From a virus (lineage: Duplodnaviria; Heunggongvirae; Uroviricota; Caudoviricetes): 34,014 nucleotides of DNA. Below the pieces are notes generated by a model. The model searched no databases. It was not told the origin of the DNA and saw only the letters and a list, made by a program, of their open reading frames with translations. The position numbers were made by a program, and so were the translations under genes. The first letter of the stretch is position 1. The number at the start of each line of letters is the position of its first letter. The stretch lies in the IMG/VR virus record IMGVR_UViG_2721755658_000002, one strand, 5' to 3'. Shown piece after piece: positions 16,121-25,527 of the stretch.

Positions 16121-17320
16121 ATGCCATTTGTTATTTATGTGTTTACTATCAGTGCCTTTGCGCTCGGACTCGCGGAATTTGTCCCCATTGGGCTGACAGA
16201 CGTTATGGCTCAGGGGTTGTGTGTGGGTGTGGAGCAGACCGGGGCAGCGGTTACAACCTATGCACTGGGGGCAACGTTCGCGGCACCCGTACTGTCTGCG
16301 CTGACAGCAAGCTGGAGCCGGAAAAATGTAATGCTTACAACTGCCGTTGTGTTTACTGCCGGTAGTCTGGCGGCCGCGTTTGCAGCCACATTACCTCAGC
16401 TCCTGTTAGCGCGGTTCATTGCTGGTCTGGGACACGGCCTGTTTCTGGCTGCGGCATCCAGTACCGCAGCTCGTCTTGCTGGACCGGGTAAAGCAGGCAG
16501 AGCGGTGGCTGTGGTATTTGGTGGCTTTACTCTGGCGATGGCAATCGGCGTACCGCTGAGTACATGGTTGGGGGGGGTGGTCTCATGGCGTCCAGTTCTC
16601 GGCGCTATTGCCGCTTTTGGCGCGTTCGGATTCCTTGGACTGTTGTTCGGTATGAAAGATCCCGTACGCAGCGTGCCCGGTGAACATAGTGACTCAGCAA
16701 TGCAGAATATCGGCATGCTGTTTAACCGTAAGTTGCTGGCCGGCGCGCTGGTTACGGTGCTGGCGTATGCAGGCTCGTTTACGGATTACACCTTTATCGC
16801 ACCTATTCTGACGCAGGTGACAGGGGTTACCGGAGCAACGGTGAGTCTGTTTATGCTGGTTTACGGTATTACAGCTGCGGTAGGTAATATTCTTGGTGGG
16901 AAACTTACCGACAGCATGGGGGTTAATCGTGCCAATATACTCATCATTAGCGGCATTGTTGTTGTCGTGCTTGGTATGTGGCTGCTGTCATCCTCACCGG
17001 TGAGCATGGGCATTCTGGTTGCGCTGCTGGGTATGGTGACATTTGCCGCAGTGCCGGCACTGCAGGCCCGTCTGATTGGTGTCGCTGAGCAACATGCTCC
17101 TCATGCGCATGGTGTTGCTGCCGGCCTGAATATTGCGGGCTTCAACTCAGGTATAGCGCTGGGATCAGTACTGGGCAGCATTACTATAAGCCACGCCGGT
17201 ATCGTGTATACCGGTATCAGCGGTGCGATTGTTTCTCTGCTCGGCCTGCTGTTGCTGCTTGCACAAATCCGTCGCAGCCACAGTCGTAAATTTCAACAGG
17301 TTAAAATCGTAGGCCAGTAA
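16121..17320 (+). CDS. MFS family transporter
   Basis: 399 aa, about 12 predicted hydrophobic helices, Gly/Ala-rich MFS-like composition; SD AGGAG. Confidence 0.75.
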   Translation: MPFVIYVFTISAFALGLAEFVPIGLTDVMAQGLCVGVEQTGAAVTTYALGATFAAPVLSALTASWSRKNVMLTTAVVFTAGSLAAAFAATLPQLLLARFIAGLGHGLFLAAASSTAARLAGPGKAGRAVAVVFGGFTLAMAIGVPLSTWLGGVVSWRPVLGAIAAFGAFGFLGLLFGMKDPVRSVPGEHSDSAMQNIGMLFNRKLLAGALVTVLAYAGSFTDYTFIAPILTQVTGVTGATVSLFMLVYGITAAVGNILGGKLTDSMGVNRANILIISGIVVVVLGMWLLSSSPVSMGILVALLGMVTFAAVPALQARLIGVAEQHAPHAHGVAAGLNIAGFNSGIALGSVLGSITISHAGIVYTGISGAIVSLLGLLLLLAQIRRSHSRKFQQVKIVGQ

Positions 17321-17331
17321 AGGGAGGTTAT

Positions 17332-18024
17332 ATGCTTACCCGTGAAAATATGCTTAATGGCACATTTGTCAGGGTGCATGAAGCGCTGCTCCCGGCGAAT
17401 ATGCTCTGGGACGCTGAAAAAATACGCGCATCAATGAACTCTACTCTGGAGGAGCGCCCGACGGGTGCTCCTGTCTGGATATTTGCCTACGGGTCATTGA
17501 TGTGGAATCCCGTGCTGGCGATTGAAGAAATGCAACGGGCCCGTCTGAAAGGATGGCAGCGCAGTTTCTGCATTCGTTTGATATCCGGACGAGCGACTCC
17601 TGATGTCCCCGGCAGGATGTTATCGCTCGACGAAGGTGGAATTACCGAAGGTATTGCGTTCAGACTGCCGGAATCGACTCTTATTAATGAGCTGGAAATT
17701 GTCTGGACGCGCGAGATGATAACCGGTCTTTACCGTCCGGTCTGGGCAGACGTTTCGCTAGGAAACGGTGAGGAAATTCAGGCGCTGGCTTTCGTATCAG
17801 ACAGACTGCATCCGCATTATGAACAGGACAATCTTACAGCGACCGTAGCGTTGAGCATCGCATCTGCCCGTGGAGACATTGGCACGAATGCAGATTATGT
17901 ATGGAAACTGCAGGCCACTCTGGGTGCGTTGGGAATACGGGATGATTACGTGAGTGAACTGGCCCTTGCTCTGCATGAGGCTCCCTGTAACGATAAACTT
18001 CATCAGCGAGGCGCTTCACTATGA
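17332..18024 (+). CDS. ChaC-like gamma-glutamylcyclotransferase family protein
   Basis: 230 aa with VWIFAYGSLMWNP motif and overall similarity to recalled E. coli ChaC; SD GGGAGG. Confidence 0.75.
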   Translation: MLTRENMLNGTFVRVHEALLPANMLWDAEKIRASMNSTLEERPTGAPVWIFAYGSLMWNPVLAIEEMQRARLKGWQRSFCIRLISGRATPDVPGRMLSLDEGGITEGIAFRLPESTLINELEIVWTREMITGLYRPVWADVSLGNGEEIQALAFVSDRLHPHYEQDNLTATVALSIASARGDIGTNADYVWKLQATLGALGIRDDYVSELALALHEAPCNDKLHQRGASL

Positions 18025-18902
18025 GCCATCTGAGCCATCTGCGAACGTTTCTTGAGGCCTATCGCTCTGGCTCCTTTTCAAAGGCGGCAGAACTACTGGG
18101 CATCACTCAGCCCGCGGCGTCACAGCATATCCAGTCTCTTGAGACTCTGGTTGGTAAGCGTCTGTTTATCAGGCAGGCCAGAGGCGTGACGGCAACCGAA
18201 GCTGCGGATGAGCTTGCCCGCTCAGTTTCACCCTTCATTGATGGTCTGGAAGAAAAGCTGTCCTCTTTCCGGTCAGGCTCTGTACGCGGGGGAACAATTA
18301 ATCTGGCAGGACCGCCAGATTTTATTCATTCCCGGCTTGGGACAGTAATGGCTCCACTAATGAAGGAGGGTTATCGCCTACGCTTTCATACCGGCAATAA
18401 GCAACGTATTTATTCCCTTTTGCATGACGGGAGCGCCGATCTCGCTGTTACCGCATCTATGCCTGATGACCGTCTGTACGGCTATGCACATCTACTGACT
18501 GAACGCATGCTCCTTGTTCATGCTCCCGCCATGTCAGAGATCATCGGATCAGAACCTGGTGCTGAAACGCTTGCCTCATTACCGCTGATTGCTTATGACG
18601 AAGAGTTGCCACTGATTAGAGCGCTCTGGGCCTCCATGTTTCAGAGAGCCCCTGAGATGCAGGCTACATTCACCATTCCGGATTTACGTATTATCCGCGA
18701 CTTGGTCTGTGACGGCCACGGGTGGACAGTGCTGCCGGATTATCACTGTGACAATGACCTGAAAAGTGGTCGCCTGATTTCAGTGACACCTGCAGACCTC
18801 GCTCCGACTAATCATCTTTATCTGGTCTGGAACAAAAGGACGGCTAATAACAGCCGAACCGCCTATGTTCGGGATTACATTCTTAAAACGTTTCCGCGTT
18901 GA
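18021..18902 (+). CDS. LysR-family transcriptional regulator
   Basis: N-terminal HTH LRTFLEAYRSGSFSKAAELLGITQPAASQHIQSLE typical of LysR regulators; ATGA overlap with upstream gene. Confidence 0.8.
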   Translation: MSHLSHLRTFLEAYRSGSFSKAAELLGITQPAASQHIQSLETLVGKRLFIRQARGVTATEAADELARSVSPFIDGLEEKLSSFRSGSVRGGTINLAGPPDFIHSRLGTVMAPLMKEGYRLRFHTGNKQRIYSLLHDGSADLAVTASMPDDRLYGYAHLLTERMLLVHAPAMSEIIGSEPGAETLASLPLIAYDEELPLIRALWASMFQRAPEMQATFTIPDLRIIRDLVCDGHGWTVLPDYHCDNDLKSGRLISVTPADLAPTNHLYLVWNKRTANNSRTAYVRDYILKTFPR

Positions 18903-18946
18903 TGTTTGAAACGGATGATTGGCGATGCGTATCATAAGTTACGTAT

Positions 18947-18970
18947 GTCCGCTTCTGGCACAAAGCAGAC
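18947..18970. repeat. 24-bp palindrome GTCCGCTTCTGGCACAAAGCAGAC (copy 2 of 3)
   Basis: 20/24 identical to copy 3; lies between the convergent LysR and DUF2254 genes. Confidence 0.6.
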
Positions 18971-19032
18971 GCCCACTCTCACGCGAATGCTTTGCCCTTG
19001 ACTTGCCAACAACCGTATCGCTTGCTCCGCAA

Positions 19033-20310
19033 CTATGGTTTTTTATTAGAATCTTCGCCACTAAATAAATTATAATAAATTGATTTTATTAGATATCTGT
19101 CAGAATCTATATGGTCAGCACGAGTAGCATGCTCTAATGTTTCAAATGCTAGGGTTTGTGCGGCTTCAGCAAAAATTCCAGGCCAACCCTTACTCAGCAT
19201 CGACAGTCCTTTAAGTACCCTTATCTGAATTTCCCTCATACTGGCACCATCGCGCGCAACAGGTGAGAAAAAGTCTTCAAGTAGATCGTTATTCTGAAGT
19301 GGTGCAACATGTACAGAAGGATATTTCACTTCTATTTCATCAGATTTATTCTGCGCGTAAGCGGAAAGTATACGTACACCTCTGCCAATGACATCAATGG
19401 CGGTTCCAGGATCGTTCACTGCGGGGGAAAGGGCTCGGCAGGCTATTTCGGCCATGACGCTAAGACAAAATCGGGGGTCCTGAGCAAATGAACGTACATC
19501 CGAGACAATAATCGTCTCAAGTAAATCGGTGCTGATTGATGACTCCTGGCCCTGACTCAGGTACAAAACTGGCGTGGACGGATGTATGAAACTGCCCGGC
19601 TGCGCCACGAGGTATACATGACGGGGATCATTGGTCAGCAGCTTGCTGAGTTTCACCATATCAACATATTCAACATAGCCAATCTTTTTCGGATAAACTG
19701 CAACCGTTCCTTTCGGCTGTTCATTGTTCTCAAGCCATGGATATCCGCCGAGACAGGGATTTCTTGCTCTCGCAATAAATGTTTCGATGGCCGCCTGTTC
19801 TACTTTTGCCGTTGTCTCACCAACCCTCCCCAGAGAGGTCAAATGCTGTATCCAGCGAAGCAATGTGATGAGGATTAAGGCAATGACAACCAGTGTTACA
19901 ATGAATAAAATGACTCTCCCCCTTTCTCCATAAGCTCCCATATTGAGGGCAATAATCCCTACCAGACTGAAGAGAAAAGAACCGATGAAGGTGGCCAGTA
20001 CATTTTGTGTGGTGACGTCTTCAACAACTAAACGAGTAGCTCTGGGAGTCACATTAGTAGTGGCTGAACCGTAGGCTGTGACCATGATGCTCAGCGAAAA
20101 TGTGGTCACTGCCAGCATACTCGATGCCAGTATGTTCAGAATGTTATCGACTGCTTCCGCACCAACCTTCACGGAAACCGACTCAGGTATCATTGATTTA
20201 AAAAGAATTGATAAAAGGGCCGTTATTATTGCGACAATTGCGAATAACGTTGCCCTGAACCATAGTTTTTTAAATGTCTGCTTCAGCATCCATTTCCAGC
20301 GTGAAATCAT
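19033..20310 (-). CDS. DUF2254-like predicted membrane protein
   Basis: ORF with N-terminal TM helices; start set to ATG 20308-20310 (GAGGGAA upstream); alternative ATG at 20325. Confidence 0.5.
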   Translation of the reverse strand: MISRWKWMLKQTFKKLWFRATLFAIVAIITALLSILFKSMIPESVSVKVGAEAVDNILNILASSMLAVTTFSLSIMVTAYGSATTNVTPRATRLVVEDVTTQNVLATFIGSFLFSLVGIIALNMGAYGERGRVILFIVTLVVIALILITLLRWIQHLTSLGRVGETTAKVEQAAIETFIARARNPCLGGYPWLENNEQPKGTVAVYPKKIGYVEYVDMVKLSKLLTNDPRHVYLVAQPGSFIHPSTPVLYLSQGQESSISTDLLETIIVSDVRSFAQDPRFCLSVMAEIACRALSPAVNDPGTAIDVIGRGVRILSAYAQNKSDEIEVKYPSVHVAPLQNNDLLEDFFSPVARDGASMREIQIRVLKGLSMLSKGWPGIFAEAAQTLAFETLEHATRADHIDSDRYLIKSIYYNLFSGEDSNKKP

Positions 20311-20373
20311 TCTGCATTCCCTCATATTGCAGCCGGGATAAATAAATGCCGCCTCTGTGGCGGCATGTTGCTG

Positions 20374-22377
20374 TTAACGAACCAGATGCAGGAAGTGCAG
20401 GTGTTTTTCGTACTGGTCCAGTATGTCATTAATCAGCTGTTCCTGATTCCAGCCCATTACATCATAATTTTGGCCGCCCTCTTTGAGATAGACTTCAGCG
20501 CGATAATATCGATGTTGTTCACTCTGCTGCTCATCATTATCCAGCGCAGCGAGCGCGAAGGTCGGTGAGTTATACCCGCGAAGCCTCACTTCATATATAT
20601 AATTCAGCTCGTTGCCCAAATCGACTTCAAGGCGAATACGATCCTCGGCGGCGTCACTGATGTGGCTTATCGTTCCCTGCTTGTTAAGTTCCTCCTGAAC
20701 CAGCGTCATGGCGGGTTGGATAATGTCGTCCATAAAACGTTTCACAAGAGAGCGCTTCGGCAAATACGCGATATTGCGTAACCTTCTCTGCCAGGGAATT
20801 GGGTTACGTGCAGCCGTAGGAGCAATAGTCGCCATGCTAAGGCTTTCACGCTTGGTCAAATCCCGACGCAGGGCTTTTAACAGTCCGTATATGGATATTA
20901 ATAAGATAACTGAGAAGGGCAATGCACTCGCTATCGTTACGGTTTGCAACGCACTCAGCCCCCCTGCGATCAGCAGGGCAATAGCAACAACGCCCATGAG
21001 CGATGCCCAGAAAATTCGCTGCCAGACGGGCGTGTTTGCCACCCCACCTGATGCCAGAGTATCCACAACCATTGCCCCCGAATCAGCAGACGTTACAAAG
21101 AAGACGATGACCATCGCCATTGCAATGAATGACAGCACGGAAGAGAACGGGAAATGCTCCAGGAAATTAAACAGGGCAAGCGCAACATCCTGCTGAACGG
21201 TATTGGCGAGGTCAGTGGCGCCCTGGTTCATGATGAGATAGATGGCGCTGTTTCCAAACACCGTCATCCACATGAGCGTAAAGCCGGCGGGAACAAACAA
21301 CACGCCAGTCACGAACTCACGAATTGTCCTGCCGCGGGAAACGCGTGCAATGAACATACCTACAAACGGCGACCATGAAAGCCACCATCCCCAGTATAAT
21401 AATGTCCAGCCCCCCAGCCAGTTGCTCGACTTGGGTTCATACGCGTAAAGGTTGAACGTTTTACTCACCAGTTCCGACAGATAACCACCCGTATTTTCCA
21501 CAAATGACTTCAGCAGAAGCACAGTGGGACCCAGGCACAAGACCAGCGCCAGGAGCAACACCGCCAGGCCCAGATTAAGCTCAGACAGGATGCGTATTCC
21601 CTTGTCCAGGCCGGACACCACCGAAATCGTCGCTAACCCCGTGATGACCACGATCAAAATGACCTGTACCGTTTCATTGATGGGCACGCCGAAAAGATGG
21701 TTCAAACCGGCATTCACCTGCAATACACCGTAACCCAGCGATGTTGCAACGCCAAAGACAGTGCCTATCACGGCGAAGATATCAACCGCGTGGCCTATAG
21801 GCCCGTAAATGCGATCGCCGATAATGGGATAGAGCGCAGAACGCAGCGTTAAAGGCAGACCGTGACGGTAACTGAAAAAGGCCAGAATCAGCGCCACGAT
21901 GGCATAAATTGCCCATGCGTGCAGACCCCAGTGGAAGAACGTCAGGCGCATGGCTTCCTTCGCTGCCGCAACGGTCTCTGGAGTGCCGACAGGTGGCGAA
22001 AGATAATGCATCACAGGTTCGGCAACGCCAAAGAACATCAGGCCGATCCCCATCCCTGCCGAAAAAAGCATCGCGAACCAGGAGTGGTAGCTGAAATCAG
22101 GCTGCGCATGGTCTGGGCCCAGCTTTATATCACCGTAACGTGAGAGTCCAAGGAACGTGACGCTCAGTAAAATCAGGGCCACAGCAAGTATGTAGAACCA
22201 GCTGGCATTCGTGAAGATTTGTTGCTGAAGTAGTTTAAAATTTTTGTCGGCGACATCCGGGAATACGGCGGCAAAGGCGACAAGAAGGAAAATTAGCAAA
22301 GCAGATGTAAAGAATACCGCTTTGTTAATCTGGCTTGTAGACTTCTTTGGGGTTGTATCATTTTCACTCATAATCAT
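20374..22377 (-). CDS. BCCT-family transporter (BetT-like choline/betaine transporter)
   Basis: 667 aa multi-TM; C-terminal ...QEQLINDILDQYEKHLHFLHL... resembles BetT C-terminal extension as recalled; start may be the ATG at 22371. Confidence 0.8.
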   Translation of the reverse strand: MIMSENDTTPKKSTSQINKAVFFTSALLIFLLVAFAAVFPDVADKNFKLLQQQIFTNASWFYILAVALILLSVTFLGLSRYGDIKLGPDHAQPDFSYHSWFAMLFSAGMGIGLMFFGVAEPVMHYLSPPVGTPETVAAAKEAMRLTFFHWGLHAWAIYAIVALILAFFSYRHGLPLTLRSALYPIIGDRIYGPIGHAVDIFAVIGTVFGVATSLGYGVLQVNAGLNHLFGVPINETVQVILIVVITGLATISVVSGLDKGIRILSELNLGLAVLLLALVLCLGPTVLLLKSFVENTGGYLSELVSKTFNLYAYEPKSSNWLGGWTLLYWGWWLSWSPFVGMFIARVSRGRTIREFVTGVLFVPAGFTLMWMTVFGNSAIYLIMNQGATDLANTVQQDVALALFNFLEHFPFSSVLSFIAMAMVIVFFVTSADSGAMVVDTLASGGVANTPVWQRIFWASLMGVVAIALLIAGGLSALQTVTIASALPFSVILLISIYGLLKALRRDLTKRESLSMATIAPTAARNPIPWQRRLRNIAYLPKRSLVKRFMDDIIQPAMTLVQEELNKQGTISHISDAAEDRIRLEVDLGNELNYIYEVRLRGYNSPTFALAALDNDEQQSEQHRYYRAEVYLKEGGQNYDVMGWNQEQLINDILDQYEKHLHFLHLVR

Positions 22378-22619
22378 TTATTCCATTAATTAAATCCGCA
22401 CTGGATAGAAGGTACTACCTCTCACAGAGTAGCAAAGTTCAACTGGCTATGCGGGGTTAATCGGAATGCATGGTGGAATGAGTGCCGATACAAATCATCC
22501 TATATTCTAAGGAGTTTTAAGTTACTCAGCCTGCCAATTACTGGGGCATTTAATTTGTATGATCTGTATCAAAGCTGGGATATAAGTTAAGTGAAGTATA
22601 TTAGGCACGAATTACCAGC

Positions 22620-22643
22620 GTCTGCTCTTGGCACAAAGCGGAC
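22620..22643. repeat. 24-bp palindrome GTCTGCTCTTGGCACAAAGCGGAC (copy 3 of 3)
   Basis: Direct repeat of copy 2; lies between the BCCT gene start and the replication module. Confidence 0.6.
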
Positions 22644-22711
22644 AACCACGCTAGCTCTACCCTGTGCCACAAAATGTCAATTTGCATCTGAACTAATGCA
22701 CTTTAATCTCG

Positions 22712-23134
22712 TCACTTCAATAAATACCGAACATCCCCCTGATAAAACGACAATATGCGCTGCATAACTTCGCTCTTCCGGCACTCGCGACAGATTATGT
22801 TTAGGCGACTGTCGTAGCGACGTATTTCTCCGTCAGGTAATGACCAGATAAGGTCCGGATCAACCACAACCGGTTTCTTCAGCTTTGCCCTCGATAATTT
22901 TTTGCGGGCATTTTGCCAGTCTTTACGAGCCTGTTCAGACGGGAATAACCCGTAGCCAGAATTGTATACATCGCCACTGGCAACCAGCTCTCTGGCCAGA
23001 ACGCTCATCAGATATCTTGTTGCCCCAGTTTTAGCTTCCAGTTGTCGTAACGTCTCGCGCCCACTCTGGCGTACGAGTTCAAGAACCTGCCCTTTAATTT
23101 TTTCCCGCTCTTCTTGTGTAAAAACTTTTGCCAC
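22712..23134 (-). CDS. hypothetical protein of the replication module
   Basis: 140-aa ORF with GTG start preceded by AGGAGG; follows the replication initiator-like gene. Confidence 0.35.
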   Translation of the reverse strand: MAKVFTQEEREKIKGQVLELVRQSGRETLRQLEAKTGATRYLMSVLARELVASGDVYNSGYGLFPSEQARKDWQNARKKLSRAKLKKPVVVDPDLIWSLPDGEIRRYDSRLNIICRECRKSEVMQRILSFYQGDVRYLLK

Positions 23135-23174
23135 AAGCCCTCCTGAAAATTACCTCATGACCAGAAATTAACAC

Positions 23175-24245
23175 TTACCCCCTGAAGCCCGGCGGAATTT
23201 CGTTATCCGGTTCAGAAATATGATTCACACAACGCTGGTTGTTCGTGCCGCTTACCGGGAGCAACCAGGGGTTCTCAAAATTCCGGTCCGGTCCAAAAAA
23301 CGTCGTCGCTCGCTGAACAAATTCCGTTCCCGTTTTCCCGGTAGCCGCCAAGTATCTTGCGTAACGCCTCACGCCATCCAGCATGGCCTCTGGTGACACC
23401 CCCTCGCGTAATCTGGCCTTCCAGGCACTGAAAGCGGATTTCTTCGGGTTTGCCCCAGCACGCAACGGGTACTCCCGCCAGACCTGTTCGAACACATCCG
23501 GATAATCCACTCGTCCCACAGACTGCCCGGTGTTTTCCGGGACTACCCGATCGGCTTCCCGCTGAATGGCGGAATCGGCTTCAGGCTGCTGCAGTTGGTG
23601 TGATTGCTCCGCCCTTGCGGTCATCACCTGCTGCACAGCGCCCGAATCGGCTTTCAGCGCATACGCTGAATCGGCTTCCGGTGTCGTGCCTGCTGGCTGA
23701 CCAAGATTGACGGTCTGAACATCCCCTGCCTGGTTCGTGGCGTTTTTTACGCCATGGACCATAGTGTTTTGATCTTCTTGATCTGTATCTTTATCTGTAT
23801 CTTTATCTGTCGTGACTCGTCGTGACATGTGCGTGACATTTCGTGACGCGCCGTGACAATCGCCATTTTGTTCCCGCTTTCTTTCCCTCTCTCGCTGCGC
23901 CCTCTTGCGCTCTGCAGGAGATTTTGCGGTTTGCGAAATATTGCCGTTGTCCTCTTTAAGCACCTGGCGTTTTTCCCATCCAGTGATTAAATCACCATCA
24001 AGTACCCGCCCCTGCATCGTCTGCAAAATTGAATCAATTACCTCTTCTGTCACGTCGAGCGCACTTGCCAAATCTTCTGTCGTGACATCAATGTGACCTC
24101 GCGTGACATTTCGTGACGCGCTCACCAGGAGGTGGATATACACTGCCATCACTGTTGCAATTGGCTGTCCTGACACCCTGGCAATTGTTCGCCACTTAGG
24201 GTCATTTGGCATGTCATGCCATAATCTGAGCCAGGCGTTAGCCAT
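23175..24245 (-). CDS. putative replication initiation protein (YdaU/O-like) containing internal iteron arrays
   Basis: Start ATG 24243-24245 preceded by AGAGGTGAG; position after ydaS/ydaT; two clusters of CGTGAC direct repeats inside the ORF, as for lambda ori inside O. Confidence 0.5.
   Translation of the reverse strand: MANAWLRLWHDMPNDPKWRTIARVSGQPIATVMAVYIHLLVSASRNVTRGHIDVTTEDLASALDVTEEVIDSILQTMQGRVLDGDLITGWEKRQVLKEDNGNISQTAKSPAERKRAQRERERKREQNGDCHGASRNVTHMSRRVTTDKDTDKDTDQEDQNTMVHGVKNATNQAGDVQTVNLGQPAGTTPEADSAYALKADSGAVQQVMTARAEQSHQLQQPEADSAIQREADRVVPENTGQSVGRVDYPDVFEQVWREYPLRAGANPKKSAFSAWKARLREGVSPEAMLDGVRRYARYLAATGKTGTEFVQRATTFFGPDRNFENPWLLPVSGTNNQRCVNHISEPDNEIPPGFRG
23811..23857. repeat. 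iteron array 1: five CGTGAC repeats at 10-11 bp spacing
   Basis: CGTGAC at 23811, 23821, 23832, 23842, 23852. Confidence 0.6.
24081..24117. repeat. iteron array 2: CGTGAC / TGTGAC repeats at 10-11 bp spacing, plus an inverted GTCACG at 24050
   Basis: CGTGAC at 24081, 24102, 24112 and TGTGAC at 24092. Confidence 0.6.
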
Positions 24246-24316
24246 ACTCACCTCTTTTGATACCGAATCTTTTTACTCACAAATTGCCGGAAGTGATCCG
24301 GTATGAATATTGCGAG

Positions 24317-24742
24317 TCAATGCACAGCCACAATATTTCCTGCAGGGCCACCACGATTCATCTGGTTGAAACCAGCGATCGCCACTGCGACAAAATCATC
24401 AGCGTCTCTCACCAGTCGTTCCCGCGTCTCCACTAGTTCCCGAAAATAGGCTGAGCTATGGCTGCGCATTCGGGCCACCAGCAGAGGTGGCATTGCTTTT
24501 TCGATAGCTGGTAACAACGCCTGAATTTTTTCAACTGCATCAGGGGTGTCTTTCTCTACCCAGCGGAAAATTTTCTGGGTATTGCGAGCCAGGGCTTCCG
24601 GATGGCTGTCGTCATACAGTTCTGGGAACGTCATACCCAGTTCAAAATAAGCCCTGGTTATTTCAGCTGCCGGAACTTTTTCACCGTCCGGATGCGCCCA
24701 GGCATTCATCGCCATGCGGATGTGTTCATGCTTGATTTTCAT
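24317..24742 (-). CDS. ydaT: YdaT-like protein
   Basis: 141-aa ORF after the Cro-like ydaS, same order as Rac ydaS-ydaT; identity mainly by position. Confidence 0.55.
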   Translation of the reverse strand: MKIKHEHIRMAMNAWAHPDGEKVPAAEITRAYFELGMTFPELYDDSHPEALARNTQKIFRWVEKDTPDAVEKIQALLPAIEKAMPPLLVARMRSHSSAYFRELVETRERLVRDADDFVAVAIAGFNQMNRGGPAGNIVAVH

Positions 24743-25007
24743 GAATCAAGCTCCTAGAAAGTGGTTGTGTTAACATTTTGGTATCTTCCAGCTCGGGCCA
24801 AATATTCATCCAATCAAAAGGCCTTAGTTGCTGACGTGTAACTTCACCATTACTGGCTCGCTCAATAAGGACACATAACGATGCCCCTAACACTTGACCT
24901 TTACTCAATGCCTTTCTTAGATAACCGATGCTGGTACCACACTCGCATGCAAACATACGCTGTTCATCTGACGAAAGAGAATTGAGAAATATTCTTAATT
25001 CTTCCAT
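24726..25007 (-). CDS. ydaS: YdaS-like Cro/cII-type HTH protein
   Basis: 93 aa, divergent from the repressor gene across a 100-bp operator-bearing spacer; SD AAGGAG. Confidence 0.55.
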   Translation of the reverse strand: MEELRIFLNSLSSDEQRMFACECGTSIGYLRKALSKGQVLGASLCVLIERASNGEVTRQQLRPFDWMNIWPELEDTKMLTQPLSRSLIHENQA

Positions 25008-25038
25008 AGCTACTCCTTAGTAAACACAGCAAAGAACA

Positions 25039-25111
25039 CCCATAGGTAAACAAAAGTCAATACCCACAGGTTGTTTACCTTGCAGTAATCGCATCTATTA
25101 TTTACCTATGG
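25039..25111. promoter_or_regulatory. divergent promoter/operator region with three copies of CCATAGGTAAA(CA)
   Basis: CCCATAGGTAAACA (25039-25052), inverted TGTTTACCT (25072-25080), inverted TTTACCTATGG (25101-25111) overlapping the repressor ATG. Confidence 0.45.
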
Positions 25112-25527
25112 ACAAATATGAATTTAGACGACAGCAACTCATCAAAATTCGTGATGAGAAATGCGATGGTAAAGCGGTTAACGTGGCCAGAAAGATCGGG
25201 CGCGAGCCTTCTTATGTATCAAGAATGTTGTACCCAGAGGGGAAAAAGGGAAAAAAACGGATCGCTGATGATATGGTGGAGATTATCGAAGAGTCCTTTG
25301 GGTTACCCCGGGGATGGATGGATGGTATCGTTTCATCATCAACGAACACAGCCTCCAGTTATGAAACAAGGGTTCTAACGCCACGACAACGTATTTTTTT
25401 AGATCTCTTAGACGAACTGCCAGAAAGTGAAGCGGATAACTTATTAAAAACTCTTGAAGAGAAAAAACAGTATTACAATATGATCTACGAAGAAATCCGT
25501 AAAAAGAAAGCACAAAACGCATCATAG
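25108..25527 (+). CDS. racR: prophage repressor (RacR-like, XRE-type HTH)
   Basis: 139 aa with HTH-like AVNVARKIGREPSYVSRML; divergent from ydaS; flanked on both sides by related operator-like repeats. Confidence 0.55.
   Translation: MDKYEFRRQQLIKIRDEKCDGKAVNVARKIGREPSYVSRMLYPEGKKGKKRIADDMVEIIEESFGLPRGWMDGIVSSSTNTASSYETRVLTPRQRIFLDLLDELPESEADNLLKTLEEKKQYYNMIYEEIRKKKAQNAS

Noticed and set aside
18947-22643. Sigma-54 promoter interpretation of the TGGCAC core inside the 24-bp palindromes
   Set aside because: The -12 TTGC(A/T) element at the required spacing is absent in both copies.
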